From the NCBI GenBank assembly GCA_016215645.1, contig JACRIX010000078.1, positions 16,905-80,904 of the forward strand: DNA of 64,000 nt, written 5' to 3'. Position 1 is the first letter of the stretch. Every line of letters begins with the position of its first letter. The position numbers and the translations under genes are program-made. This document shows, piece by piece, positions 22,843 to 32,219 of the stretch. The notes beneath the pieces were generated by a model. It saw nothing but the letters and a program-made list of their open reading frames with translations. It was not told where the DNA came from and did not search any database. Source of the DNA: Rhodocyclales bacterium (GTDB lineage Bacteria > Pseudomonadota > Gammaproteobacteria > Burkholderiales > Rhodocyclaceae).

Positions 22843-23031
22843 GAACGGAGAAGGGAAGCAGGTTGTTACGCTTCACGGATGTGACATGCCGATGCCAGGT
22901 GCGTCATCTCTGCTCGTGCCGCAGGTAGCACCCAGAATAGCGGAGCAGTCGATCAGGCGGCGACCCGGTGTCGACCGGTCGCCGTCCTGAATGATGGGTA
23001 CTCCAATATAACAGCCACGGAGAAACGATCG

Positions 23032-23862
23032 GTGTCAATCAGAGGAGTCGAAATCAACATCCACGGGCTGGGCTACCGCTATAGCACGCGTGGCAATCCG
23101 ACCTTCAGTAACCTGAGGCTTCAGGCTCAGCGAGGCGAGGCCTTGGCCATCATTGGCCGCTCCGGTTGCGGAAAATCCACGTTGCTGCACATCATCGCCG
23201 GCCTGAATCGGCCTACCGAAGGAACGATCGAATTCGATGGCAAGAAGGTCGATGGCCCGTCTTCGCGCTGGGTAATGATGTTTCAGGCGCCGCACCTGTA
23301 TCCGTGGATGAAGGTTTCGCAGAACGTCGGCGTTGGCCTCAAGTTTGCTGGCTGGCCGGAAAAGGAAAAGGCCGAGCGGGTCGACGAGGCGCTGCGCCTC
23401 GTCGAGTTACAGGACTACGCTGATGTCAGCGTACAGGATCTTTCCGGGGGGCAGCAGCAGCGCGTTGCCCTGGCCCGATCCCTGGTGATGGAGCCGGAAC
23501 TGCTTTTGCTTGACGAGCCTTTCTCTGCACTCGATGCCTTTACTCGGTCCTCGCTACAAAGAGATGTCCGTTCGATCGCAAAGAAGCTGGGTTTCAACCT
23601 GATCATTGTCACTCACGATATCGACGAGGCCGTGCTGATGGCTGATCGCGCCGTGATCATGGCGGGTGCACCCGGCAAGATCATGGACGAGATCGACATA
23701 GGACTTGCCGATCCCCGACAACGTCAGGATCCCGCGGTACAGTCGATGCGCTCGCGGCTTATGGAAGCCTTCCATACTGCCGCGCAAGTTGCCGGTGGCG
23801 CTGGCAGTGGCGCCGCAGCGGAAGTCGATACCGATACCGAAAGCGTTTCACAACATGCCTGA
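23032..23862 (+). CDS. ABC transporter ATP-binding protein (NrtD/TauB/SsuB type)
   Basis: GRSGCGKST, LSGGQQQR, LLLLDEPF and VTHD. Confidence 0.93.
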   Translation: MSIRGVEINIHGLGYRYSTRGNPTFSNLRLQAQRGEALAIIGRSGCGKSTLLHIIAGLNRPTEGTIEFDGKKVDGPSSRWVMMFQAPHLYPWMKVSQNVGVGLKFAGWPEKEKAERVDEALRLVELQDYADVSVQDLSGGQQQRVALARSLVMEPELLLLDEPFSALDAFTRSSLQRDVRSIAKKLGFNLIIVTHDIDEAVLMADRAVIMAGAPGKIMDEIDIGLADPRQRQDPAVQSMRSRLMEAFHTAAQVAGGAGSGAAAEVDTDTESVSQHA

Positions 23863-23904
23863 GCCCGTGTAGGCCAGGACACCATTACCCAGAGGAGACC
23901 GAGC

Positions 23905-25239
23905 ATGTGCATACTTTGCGATTCGCTTGCTGGCAAACAGCATCCGTCGGATGATGTTCACAAAGACTACAAGAAGCATGAGGACGGCATCAACGATCCC
24001 AAGCTGGCGATCGAGTACGATCCCCTGTTCAGCAGCGTTCTCGGCACCGGGGTGAATCGCCGGGAACTGCTGAAATGGGGTGGTTTGGGCGCGCTTGCCG
24101 GCTTGATGCCGACCTCGGCGACCTTCGCCCAGGAAAAGAAATGGGACCCCACGGTGCGCATTGGCTACTTGCCGATCACCGACGCATCGGCCCTGCTGGT
24201 CGCCCACGAGATGGGCTTCTTCAAGAAGGAAGGTCTGGAGTCCGTGCCGCCGACACTGATCCGCGGCTGGTCGCCCCTGGTTGAAGCCTTTTCATCGCAC
24301 AAATTCAATCTTGCGCACCTGCTGATACCGATTCCGATCTGGATGCGCTACAACAACAAGTTCCCGATCAAGATCACCGCCTGGAACCATACCAACGGAT
24401 CCGGCATGGTGGTTGGCAAGGATAGCGGCATCAATTCGCCCAAGGACTTCGGTGGCAAGCAGTTTGCCGTCCCCTTCTGGTACTCGATCCACAACATCAT
24501 TTCCCAGAAGATCATGAAGGACGCGGGGATCACGCCGGTGATAAAGCCGCAGGACGCAAAGCTTGCGCCAAATGAGTGCAACTTCATCGTCCTCAATCCG
24601 CCGGATATGCCGCCGGCCCTGGCTGCCAAATCGATTGACGGCTACTGCGTGGCCGAACCCTTCAACGCATTGGGCGAAGTTCGTGCCGGCGCGAAGATGT
24701 TGCGCATGACCGGTGACGTATGGAAGGGCCACCCTTGCTGTGTGGTCGTCATGCACGAAGCCGACACCATGGATCCGGCGCGCGCCGCCTGGGCGCAGGC
24801 CGTCCACAACGCCATCGTCGCGGCACAGATCCATCTGGTCGAGAATCGTCAGGGCATGGCGGAAATGCTGTCCAAGGATGGCAAGGGTTACCTGCCGTTC
24901 CCGAAGGAGGTGGTTGGTCGTGCCATGATGCTCTACGACGTTCCGTATCCCGGCAACCCGGCGGCGATCAAGAACAAGGACTGGGGGATGGACCGCATCA
25001 ACTTCCAGGGCTGGCCGTATCGCTCTGCGACCGAACTCGTGGTCAATGAGTTGAAAAAGACCGTGATTACGGGTGATGCCGCCTTCCTTGAGAAGCTCGA
25101 TCCAAAATTTGTTGCCAACGATCTGGTCAATTACACCTTCATCAAGAAGGCGCTGGATGCCAATCCGAAGTGGAAGAACGACCACAGCGTGCCGAAATCC
25201 GGTGACCCCTTCACCCGGACGGAAGTCATTTCTCTATGA
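23905..25239 (+). CDS. ABC substrate-binding protein (NrtA/CmpA/CynA-like), Tat-exported
   Basis: NRRELLK Tat motif, VRIGYLPITDAS, AVPFWYSIHN, VAEPFNA and HPCC. Confidence 0.9.
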   Translation: MCILCDSLAGKQHPSDDVHKDYKKHEDGINDPKLAIEYDPLFSSVLGTGVNRRELLKWGGLGALAGLMPTSATFAQEKKWDPTVRIGYLPITDASALLVAHEMGFFKKEGLESVPPTLIRGWSPLVEAFSSHKFNLAHLLIPIPIWMRYNNKFPIKITAWNHTNGSGMVVGKDSGINSPKDFGGKQFAVPFWYSIHNIISQKIMKDAGITPVIKPQDAKLAPNECNFIVLNPPDMPPALAAKSIDGYCVAEPFNALGEVRAGAKMLRMTGDVWKGHPCCVVVMHEADTMDPARAAWAQAVHNAIVAAQIHLVENRQGMAEMLSKDGKGYLPFPKEVVGRAMMLYDVPYPGNPAAIKNKDWGMDRINFQGWPYRSATELVVNELKKTVITGDAAFLEKLDPKFVANDLVNYTFIKKALDANPKWKNDHSVPKSGDPFTRTEVISL

Positions 25240-26081
25240 GCGAAAACGCCACATCCGGCGCGGCTTCGGCCGCTGCCGGTGTGACTGGTGGTGCGGGGGC
25301 CCGGTTCGCTCTCGCTGCGTCGAAAGGCGCGGTGAATTTTGTGCTGGGCCTCGCAATTCTTGCGGTACTCTGGGGAATTGGCGGTTACATGATCGCCACC
25401 AATCCGAAAACAGCTAACTTCGCTGGTTTCGGTCTGATACCGACCCTGCAGTCCTTTCCCGAGCTATGGACCATGGGAAAGCTCCAGAGTGCGACTTATG
25501 CCAGCGGGTTCCGCCTCGGGTCGGGAATGCTGATCGCGATCCTGATCGGCGTCCCGGTCGGTATCCTCATGGGCCGGGTTACGTGGTTTCGCAAGCTGAG
25601 CAATTCACCATTCCAGCTGCTGCGAATGATCAGCCCTTTGTCCTGGATGCCAATCGCGGTTCTGGTTTTCTCTTCATGGGATGGTTCCATCGTTTTTCTG
25701 GTCGCGTTTGCCTCGGTCTGGCCGGTGATTTACCAGACCGCTGCGGGCTTGTCCAAGGTTGACCCGGCCTGGTTCAAGGTCGCCCGCAACCTGGGGGCTA
25801 CGCCGTTCCAGATGCTGACGCAGATCATCCTTCCCGCGATCAGCTTCGACATTTTTACCGGGATACGGCTCGCACTCGGCGTGGCCTGGGTGGTGCTGGT
25901 CCCTGCCGAACTGCTCGGCGTTACCTCCGGTCTTGGCTATGCCATCAAGGATGCCCGTGAAACCCTGTCCTACGACCATCTCACGGCGATGGTGTTGACC
26001 ATCGGCATCATCGGATACGCCCTGGATACCATCTGTGCCATGTTGATCAAGCGTTTCAGCTGGCATCGCGGAGATGCCTGA
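25236..26081 (+). CDS. ABC transporter permease 1
   Basis: LLRMISPLSWMP, VARNLGA and VLVPAELLGVTSGLGY. Confidence 0.92.
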   Translation: MSENATSGAASAAAGVTGGAGARFALAASKGAVNFVLGLAILAVLWGIGGYMIATNPKTANFAGFGLIPTLQSFPELWTMGKLQSATYASGFRLGSGMLIAILIGVPVGILMGRVTWFRKLSNSPFQLLRMISPLSWMPIAVLVFSSWDGSIVFLVAFASVWPVIYQTAAGLSKVDPAWFKVARNLGATPFQMLTQIILPAISFDIFTGIRLALGVAWVVLVPAELLGVTSGLGYAIKDARETLSYDHLTAMVLTIGIIGYALDTICAMLIKRFSWHRGDA

Positions 26082-26083
26082 CC

Positions 26084-26911
26084 ATGAGCAATAGCGCAAC
26101 CGCGATGGCCAATCCCGCCGCCGCACAGTCGAGGACATCAGCGGCCTTCGGCAATGCCGCAACGGGCACGGGATACTTTTTTGCCGGCTTGGCGATATTG
26201 ATCGCTCTGTGGTGGCTGGCCATCTATGTCGCGACCCTGAACCCGAAGCTGGCCCATTTTGCCAATTTCGGGCCTGTCCCGGCGTTCAAGGCGATTCCGC
26301 ATATGTGGAATAGCGGGCTGATTCCGAAGGCTCTCGAAACCAGCGGCTACCGCCTCGGCATGGGTCTGCTGATCGCTATCGCGATTGGCGTACCCATCGG
26401 CGTCATCATGGGCCGAAAAAGGCGATTCCGGGAGCTGACCAACTCGCCCTTCCAGCTTATGCGCATGATCAGCCCGTTGTCCTGGGAACCGGTAGCGGTC
26501 ATCGTCTTCGCCGGATGGGATTCAGCAATCATTTTCCTGATAGCCATAGCGGCGGTCTGGCCGATCATGTTCTCCACGGCTGCCGGACTGTCCAAGGTTG
26601 ATCCGGCATGGTTCAAGGTGGCGCGGAATCTTGGCGCCACTCCTTGGCAGATGGTCACAGAGATCATCGTCCCGGCCATCGCCTTCGACGTCGTGACCGG
26701 TATCCGCCTTGCCGTTGGTGTTGCATGGATCGTTCTGGTACCGGCCGAATTTCTCGGCGTGACATCAGGCTTCGGCTACACCATCGAAGATGCACGCGAG
26801 TCGCTGGAATACGAGCACCTGATGGCCATGCTTCTGGTGATTGGCGCCGTGGGTTATGTCCTTGACAGCCTCTGCATGGTACTCATCAAGAAGTACAGCT
26901 GGCACAAGTGA
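26084..26911 (+). CDS. ABC transporter permease 2 (paralogue of permease 1)
   Basis: Same motif set; shares AAGLSKVDPAWFKVARNLGATP identically with permease 1. Confidence 0.92.
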   Translation: MSNSATAMANPAAAQSRTSAAFGNAATGTGYFFAGLAILIALWWLAIYVATLNPKLAHFANFGPVPAFKAIPHMWNSGLIPKALETSGYRLGMGLLIAIAIGVPIGVIMGRKRRFRELTNSPFQLMRMISPLSWEPVAVIVFAGWDSAIIFLIAIAAVWPIMFSTAAGLSKVDPAWFKVARNLGATPWQMVTEIIVPAIAFDVVTGIRLAVGVAWIVLVPAEFLGVTSGFGYTIEDARESLEYEHLMAMLLVIGAVGYVLDSLCMVLIKKYSWHK

Positions 26912-27016
26912 TGGAGGCATAAAGTCAATTCGGGAGTTGGACGCTTTGGGTAGCGCTACGACCGCAACGAATTTGCGCCGCGATGGACGTGCGGCCCTTT
27001 TGGAGGCAAGGATTCA

Positions 27017-27403
27017 ATGGCAAAAAAGCTGCATATCGTGTGCGTATCAGGCACGCGGGAGAAACTTCAGATGGCCTCGATGATTGCTTCGGTGGCGGCA
27101 GCTACGGGCGACGAGGTATCGGTGTTCTTTTCGATGAATGCCGTCAAGTATTTCATCAGGGGAAATACCGACGAGGCTCCCGCCGAGGGGGAATTTGGTG
27201 CGCTGCTAGGAAAAGGCGTACCGCCGTTCCGTCAATTGTTCCAGCATGCCGCCGATCTCGGCGATGCAAGCCTGTTGCCCTGCTCGATGGCACTTGATCT
27301 GCTGAAGATCACTCATGACGATCTTGATCCATCGTTCGGACCGCCAACCGGCCTTACCAAGTTTCTTAGCGATGCCGAAGGCGCACAACTGTTGTCGTTC
27401 TGA
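27017..27403 (+). CDS. DsrE/DsrF/DrsH-like sulfur carrier
   Basis: AAATGDEVSVFFSM, LPCSMA (conserved Cys) and GLTKFL. Confidence 0.8.
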   Translation: MAKKLHIVCVSGTREKLQMASMIASVAAATGDEVSVFFSMNAVKYFIRGNTDEAPAEGEFGALLGKGVPPFRQLFQHAADLGDASLLPCSMALDLLKITHDDLDPSFGPPTGLTKFLSDAEGAQLLSF

Positions 27404-27448
27404 GGCGCGGCACCACGAATACCGGAAAACCAAAGGAGAAACACGAAT

Positions 27449-27679
27449 ATGAGTGTTACCAAGACAATCGATGCACGCGACACGTTCTGCCCCGGGCCGC
27501 TCATGGAGTTGATTTCCTACATGAAGCATGCAAGCGTAGGCGATGTTGTCGAACTACTTTCGACGGATACGGGCTCGGCCAACGACATCCCGGAATGGGT
27601 CAAGAAAGTCGGGCATGAAATGGTGGGCACCGAACAGGTCGACGGCGTCTGGCATCTCAAGGTGCGCAAAGCCAAATAG
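27449..27679 (+). CDS. tusA: TusA-family sulfur carrier
   Basis: IDARDTFCPGP and STDTGSANDIPEW; 76 aa. Confidence 0.88.
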   Translation: MSVTKTIDARDTFCPGPLMELISYMKHASVGDVVELLSTDTGSANDIPEWVKKVGHEMVGTEQVDGVWHLKVRKAK

Positions 27680-27748
27680 TTGCCAGGCAAACAGCGCGAA
27701 CCGAGTATTGCACGCGGAAGCGTCCGGAAAAATATACAGGAGGCAGCA

Positions 27749-28882
27749 ATGAGAATCTTAGTCGTCGGCGGCGGAACCGCCGGCACCATCATCGCCAACA
27801 ATCTGGCGCGTCGCCTGGGGCCTGAAACCCGTTCCGGCAAGGTGCGCATCACCATGCTATCGGCGTCGGATCGGCACATGTACCAGCCGGGCCTCCTTTA
27901 CGTCGCATTCGGCCAGATGGCTCCGGACCAGTTGTACCGCGACCAGGCCAGCCTGCTAGAGCCCAATATCGATTTTCATGTCGACCCGGTCAAGCAGTTC
28001 ATGCTCGACAAGAACCAGGTAACGACCGAAAGCGGAAAGGTTTATGAGTACGACATCATTGTAATCGCCACGGGTTCCCGCATGGTGCCCGACGAAACCC
28101 CTGGACTGACCGAGGGTGCGGAGTTCTTCTACACCGAGGCCTCGGCAGTGAAGATGTACCAGAAACTGCGTGAGTTCCAGGGCGGCAAGGTGGCAGTGGC
28201 GGTAGGCGTGCCGCACAAGTGCCCGATTGCGCCGGTGGAAGTGATGTTCGCCTTGAACGACTTTTTCAAGGCGCGTGGCATTCGCGACAAGGTAAATCTC
28301 AAGTACTACTATCCGATCGGCCGCATCCACACCATCGAGAATGTCGCCAAGTGGGCCAAGCCCGAGTTCGACAAGATGGGTGTCGAGTATGAGACCTTGT
28401 TCAATATTCGCGAAGTCGATGCGAAAAACAAGATTCTCAAGAGCGAGGAAGGCACGGAAGTTGATTACGACTTGCTGATCGTGATTCCGCAACACCGCGG
28501 CATGGAAGTGATCGAGCGGGACAACCTGGGTCAGGGTGGCTGGATCCCAACCGATCGCTACAAACTGACCATGACCGGCCACGACAATGTGTACGTGGTC
28601 GGCGACACCACCAACCTGCCGGTGAGCAAGACAGGGTCCGCCGCGCACTTCCAGGCGGAGGTGGTCGCCGAGAACATCGCCTCGATCGTCAAGATCGGGT
28701 CGCCGGTGCGCGACTATGACGGAAAGGTATACTGCTTCATCGAGGCCGGTCACGAAAAGGCGACCTATGCAATGTTCAACTACCTGAATCCGCCCGACCT
28801 TAAGCCGCCGTCCAAGCCCATGCACTGGTTCAAGCTTTCCTACAACCAGATGTACTGGACCAGCGTGCGCGGACTACTCTGA
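27749..28882 (+). CDS. Sulfide:quinone oxidoreductase-like flavoprotein (short, type III-like)
   Basis: GGGTAG, HMYQPG, IATGS, KCPIAP, VGDTT, KTGSAA and VYCFIE. SD caggagg lies before the ATG at 27749. Confidence 0.82.
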   Translation: MRILVVGGGTAGTIIANNLARRLGPETRSGKVRITMLSASDRHMYQPGLLYVAFGQMAPDQLYRDQASLLEPNIDFHVDPVKQFMLDKNQVTTESGKVYEYDIIVIATGSRMVPDETPGLTEGAEFFYTEASAVKMYQKLREFQGGKVAVAVGVPHKCPIAPVEVMFALNDFFKARGIRDKVNLKYYYPIGRIHTIENVAKWAKPEFDKMGVEYETLFNIREVDAKNKILKSEEGTEVDYDLLIVIPQHRGMEVIERDNLGQGGWIPTDRYKLTMTGHDNVYVVGDTTNLPVSKTGSAAHFQAEVVAENIASIVKIGSPVRDYDGKVYCFIEAGHEKATYAMFNYLNPPDLKPPSKPMHWFKLSYNQMYWTSVRGLL

Positions 28883-28894
28883 AGAGATCGAACC

Positions 28895-29326
28895 ATGACC
28901 ACCCAGAACGAAACGCCCATGTCGAACTTCAACGAAAGCGACCTGCAGCGCCTGGTCGAGTTCGCACAACTCGTCACCTCAGCGCAGGACGCGATGAATG
29001 ACGACATCGTTAATCGCCTCGCCTCCACGATGAGCGAAGGCATCAACATGCTCGATCGCCTGACGCGCAATCAGGGCCTGCTCCACCTGCTGCGAGAGAT
29101 GGACAGGCCGGAGAACCAGGCATTTCTCATCTGCATGTCCAACGCATTTACCGAAGCAAGTCGCGAGCTGGCAACCATGCCGCCGACCGGTGGCGGTATT
29201 GGCGGCCTGCTCAAGCTGGTCAGCGATCCAGGTACGCAGGAGGGGCTGCGCCTGTTATCGATGGTCGCCGCACGCATGAACGTCGGATTGCGCGAACTTC
29301 ACCGAAAAGGGCTTTCTGCCTACTGA
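28895..29326 (+). CDS. DUF1641-like protein, typical neighbour of type III SQR
   Basis: SAQDAMNDDIVNRLA and GGIGGLLKLVSDPGTQEGL; directly after the SQR-like gene. Confidence 0.7.
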   Translation: MTTQNETPMSNFNESDLQRLVEFAQLVTSAQDAMNDDIVNRLASTMSEGINMLDRLTRNQGLLHLLREMDRPENQAFLICMSNAFTEASRELATMPPTGGGIGGLLKLVSDPGTQEGLRLLSMVAARMNVGLRELHRKGLSAY

Positions 29327-29355
29327 ATCCGCCTTTACACAAGCAAGTGCCTTGT

Positions 29356-29400
29356 TGCCGCAGGCCGGCGGAAGAACGCTGGCCTGCGGCATTTTCCTTT
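29356..29400 (+). terminator. Intrinsic terminator closing the scn-ABC-sqr operon
   Basis: tgccgcaggccggcg-gaagaa-cgctggcctgcggca followed by ttttccttt. Confidence 0.7.
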
Positions 29401-29456
29401 CCCTCTCCAGGGAGGTGATGGCTGGATTGTCCCGCGGGCGGGACTAGAATCTCCCG

Positions 29457-29930
29457 ATGGTTAGTCGCCGTGATTTCCTGTGGGGTCGCATCCGCTCGGG
29501 CGTTCCGCTCCAGCGTCCGCCCTGGGCTCTCGCAGAAACCCTGTTTAAGCAAGCCTGCACGCGTTGCGGGGACTGTGCGCCGGTTTGCCCGACGGGCATC
29601 ATCAGCATCCTGAAGGGATATCCGGAAGTCGACTTCACGCGTGGCCAATGTACGTTTTGCGGCAACTGCTCAACGGCATGCAAGGCGGGCGCGTTGCAGA
29701 ACAGCGGCCTTCAGTTGTGGCCGTGGGCAATCAAGGCACAGACGGGGCGGGATTGCCTGTCCCATCGTGGCACCGAGTGCAGGATCTGCGGTGAGCAATG
29801 CTCGGTCGACGCGATTCGTTTCAGCCCGCGCGTTGGCGGACCTCCGGTACCCGAGATAGACAGCAACATTTGCACGGGCTGCGGCGCCTGCGTAGCGCCA
29901 TGCCCGGCAAATGCGATTTCTATTGTTTGA
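29457..29930 (+). CDS. napF: Ferredoxin-type protein NapF
   Basis: SRRDFL, RPPWA and four Cys clusters (CTRCGDC...CP, CTFCGNC, CRICGEQC, CTGCGAC...CP). Confidence 0.9.
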   Translation: MVSRRDFLWGRIRSGVPLQRPPWALAETLFKQACTRCGDCAPVCPTGIISILKGYPEVDFTRGQCTFCGNCSTACKAGALQNSGLQLWPWAIKAQTGRDCLSHRGTECRICGEQCSVDAIRFSPRVGGPPVPEIDSNICTGCGACVAPCPANAISIV

Positions 29931-30354
29931 TGTTGCCGACGAACCGGTTTTCGACCAAGGCGGGTGCGTCGACCTGCGGCACATGACATGACGTGCAATT
30001 GTGGCGCGAGGGGTCGACGACCTGGGTCGCCGTCTTGTAGTGGCTGTCGCCCAGCTTCGGTGATGTCTTCTTCACGTAGTTGGCGGGGCCGTGGCAATCC
30101 AGGCACTGGTTTTCGGTAAGCGTGACCTCGTCGAAGTTATCCACGGCGTGGGGGATCAGCGGCGGCTGCGTGCTGAAAGTGCGAGCGATCACCGACTGCG
30201 TGCCGGGCCGCTTGCCCGCGTAGGCGCTTGTCTCGGGTGCCTTGTCGGCCGCGGCGACATCGGCGCCGCGCATCGAGACCAGCGGCTCGTAGCTGGCGCA
30301 GCCTACGACCACGGTAAGCAGCGATGCCAGGAGGATGGTGACGGTTTTCTTCAT
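29920..30354 (-). CDS. napB: Periplasmic nitrate reductase diheme subunit
   Basis: QPPLIPH, CLDCH, CTSCHVPQ and LVENRF. Confidence 0.95.
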   Translation of the reverse strand: MKKTVTILLASLLTVVVGCASYEPLVSMRGADVAAADKAPETSAYAGKRPGTQSVIARTFSTQPPLIPHAVDNFDEVTLTENQCLDCHGPANYVKKTSPKLGDSHYKTATQVVDPSRHNCTSCHVPQVDAPALVENRFVGNIKQ

Positions 30355-30397
30355 GATGGACTCCCCAGACGAAATTGACGGTTGATCACTTGTTTGG

Positions 30398-31303
30398 CTA
30401 CTTGGGCGCCGCGTGCGGGACGCCGGCTACGGGTAAGACAGTGGTATTGAAGCGGGTGCCGAAGGCGAACACATTCTTTGAGCAGACATCGATGCAGCGG
30501 CCGCAGTTGGTGCAGTTGGCTTCGAGGATCAGCGGTGGCGCGCCGGCAATGGACTTCAGCGCCGGACGAATCACCTGCGGTTCGGGACAGACGGCGAAGC
30601 AGTCCATGCAGTCGTTGCAGGCATCGCGCGCCGGCAGCCTGACGCGGGCCACGGAAAATCGTCCGATCAGGCTGTAGAAGGCGCCGACCGGGCACAGGTG
30701 GCCGCACCAGCCGTGGCGCATGACAAAGAGATCGAACAGGAACACCGCGAGCACTACGGCCCAAGCGAAGCCGATGCCGAACAGCAGCCCGCGATGCAGC
30801 ATCGACACCGGGTTTACCATCTCCCAGGCGATCGTTCCCGTGGCCGTCGCAAGCAGCAGGGTCATGCCCAGCATCCAGTAGCGTGTCGGGCGGCTGATGT
30901 GGGCACTGCCCTTGAGCCCCAGGCGCACGCGCAGCCAGTAGGCAAGGTCCGTCAGCAGGTTGACCGGGCAGACCCAGGAGCAATAGCTGCGACCGCCCAC
31001 CAGCAGGTAGAACAGGACCACGATCAGCGCGCCGGTCAGCGCCAGCTTTTCCGGCACCTGGCGCGCCAGCAAGGATTGCACGATGACATAGGGATCGGCC
31101 AGCGGCAGGACGTTGAGCGTGTAGCTGAAGTTCAGGTTGCCCTTGACGATCCACCAGCCGAACCACGGACCGACCAGGAACAGCAGGAGGATGCCGAGCT
31201 GGCTGGAACGGCGCAGCAGCAGCCACTTGTGCGCCGCCAGCCAGCCCTTGGCAGCAATGGCCTCGGCGCCGGGACGCAGAGTCGGTTTCGCCGGGGCGCT
31301 CAC
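30398..31303 (-). CDS. napH: Quinol dehydrogenase membrane subunit NapH
   Basis: GGRSYCSWVCP, GWCGHLCP and two 4Fe-4S motifs. Confidence 0.95.
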   Translation of the reverse strand: MSAPAKPTLRPGAEAIAAKGWLAAHKWLLLRRSSQLGILLLFLVGPWFGWWIVKGNLNFSYTLNVLPLADPYVIVQSLLARQVPEKLALTGALIVVLFYLLVGGRSYCSWVCPVNLLTDLAYWLRVRLGLKGSAHISRPTRYWMLGMTLLLATATGTIAWEMVNPVSMLHRGLLFGIGFAWAVVLAVFLFDLFVMRHGWCGHLCPVGAFYSLIGRFSVARVRLPARDACNDCMDCFAVCPEPQVIRPALKSIAGAPPLILEANCTNCGRCIDVCSKNVFAFGTRFNTTVLPVAGVPHAAPK

Positions 31304-32160
31304 AGCTTGCCTCCCTGAAATGCCTTCGGCAAGCCAACGGGTTCGGCAGAAGTCGGCGCTTGCGGCACGGCGCCCGGACTCCCGGAGAGACCTTTGCCGC
31401 TCTCATACTTCATGCCCTCCGGCATGTTGTAGCGATGTTCGATGTCCGGCGCCACCAGGCTGCCGCCGGCCTTTTCCTTCTCCACCCAACCCAAACGATA
31501 GTGCGAACTCAATTGGCCCTTGGCCATGGTGAGCGGGAATACCTTGATCGCGGCGACCTCCGTCGGGCAGGCCTTTTCGCATTTGCCGCATCCGGTGCAG
31601 TGCTCGGAATGCACCGTGGGGATGAACAGGGTGTGCTTGCCGGTACGCGGATTGGATAGCGGAACGAGCGTGATGGCCTTGTCGATCACCGGACAGATCC
31701 GGTAACAGATGTCGCAGCGCAGGCCGAGGAAATTCAGGCAGGTTTCGTGGTCGACCAGCACCGCGAGCCCCATCTTCGACTTGTTGATGTCCTTCAGGGA
31801 ATGATCCAGCGCCCCGGTCGGGCAGGCCTTCACGCAGGGAATGTCCTCGCACATTTCGCAGGGCAACTGGCGGGCGACGAAGTAGGGCGTGCCGGTCGAC
31901 ATCGGTTCTTCGGGTTTGGCCAGATGCAGGATGTCGAAGGGACAGTCGCGAACGCACAGGCCGCAGCGGATGCAGGCCGCGGAGAATTCGGTCTCCGGCA
32001 GCGCCCCGGGCGGCCGGATGGCGGCCGGCGGCAGGGCTTGCGCATGGCGCGCGTAGAGCCCGACGCCGAGGCCCAGCAGGCCAACGCCACAGGCCATGCG
32101 CGCCGTGTCGGCAAGGAACTGGCGCCGCGCTGCGGCACTGGGCTTGTCCACGTTTTCCAT
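31300..32160 (-). CDS. napG: Ferredoxin-type protein NapG
   Basis: ARRQFL Tat motif, RPPGA, CIRCGLCVRDCP and CEMCEDIPC. Confidence 0.95.
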   Translation of the reverse strand: MENVDKPSAAARRQFLADTARMACGVGLLGLGVGLYARHAQALPPAAIRPPGALPETEFSAACIRCGLCVRDCPFDILHLAKPEEPMSTGTPYFVARQLPCEMCEDIPCVKACPTGALDHSLKDINKSKMGLAVLVDHETCLNFLGLRCDICYRICPVIDKAITLVPLSNPRTGKHTLFIPTVHSEHCTGCGKCEKACPTEVAAIKVFPLTMAKGQLSSHYRLGWVEKEKAGGSLVAPDIEHRYNMPEGMKYESGKGLSGSPGAVPQAPTSAEPVGLPKAFQGGKL

Positions 32161-32219
32161 GATTCCCGGACGGGGAGTGCAAGACGTTCACCACTCCCCG
32201 GATTCTCCAGTCATGCCGC

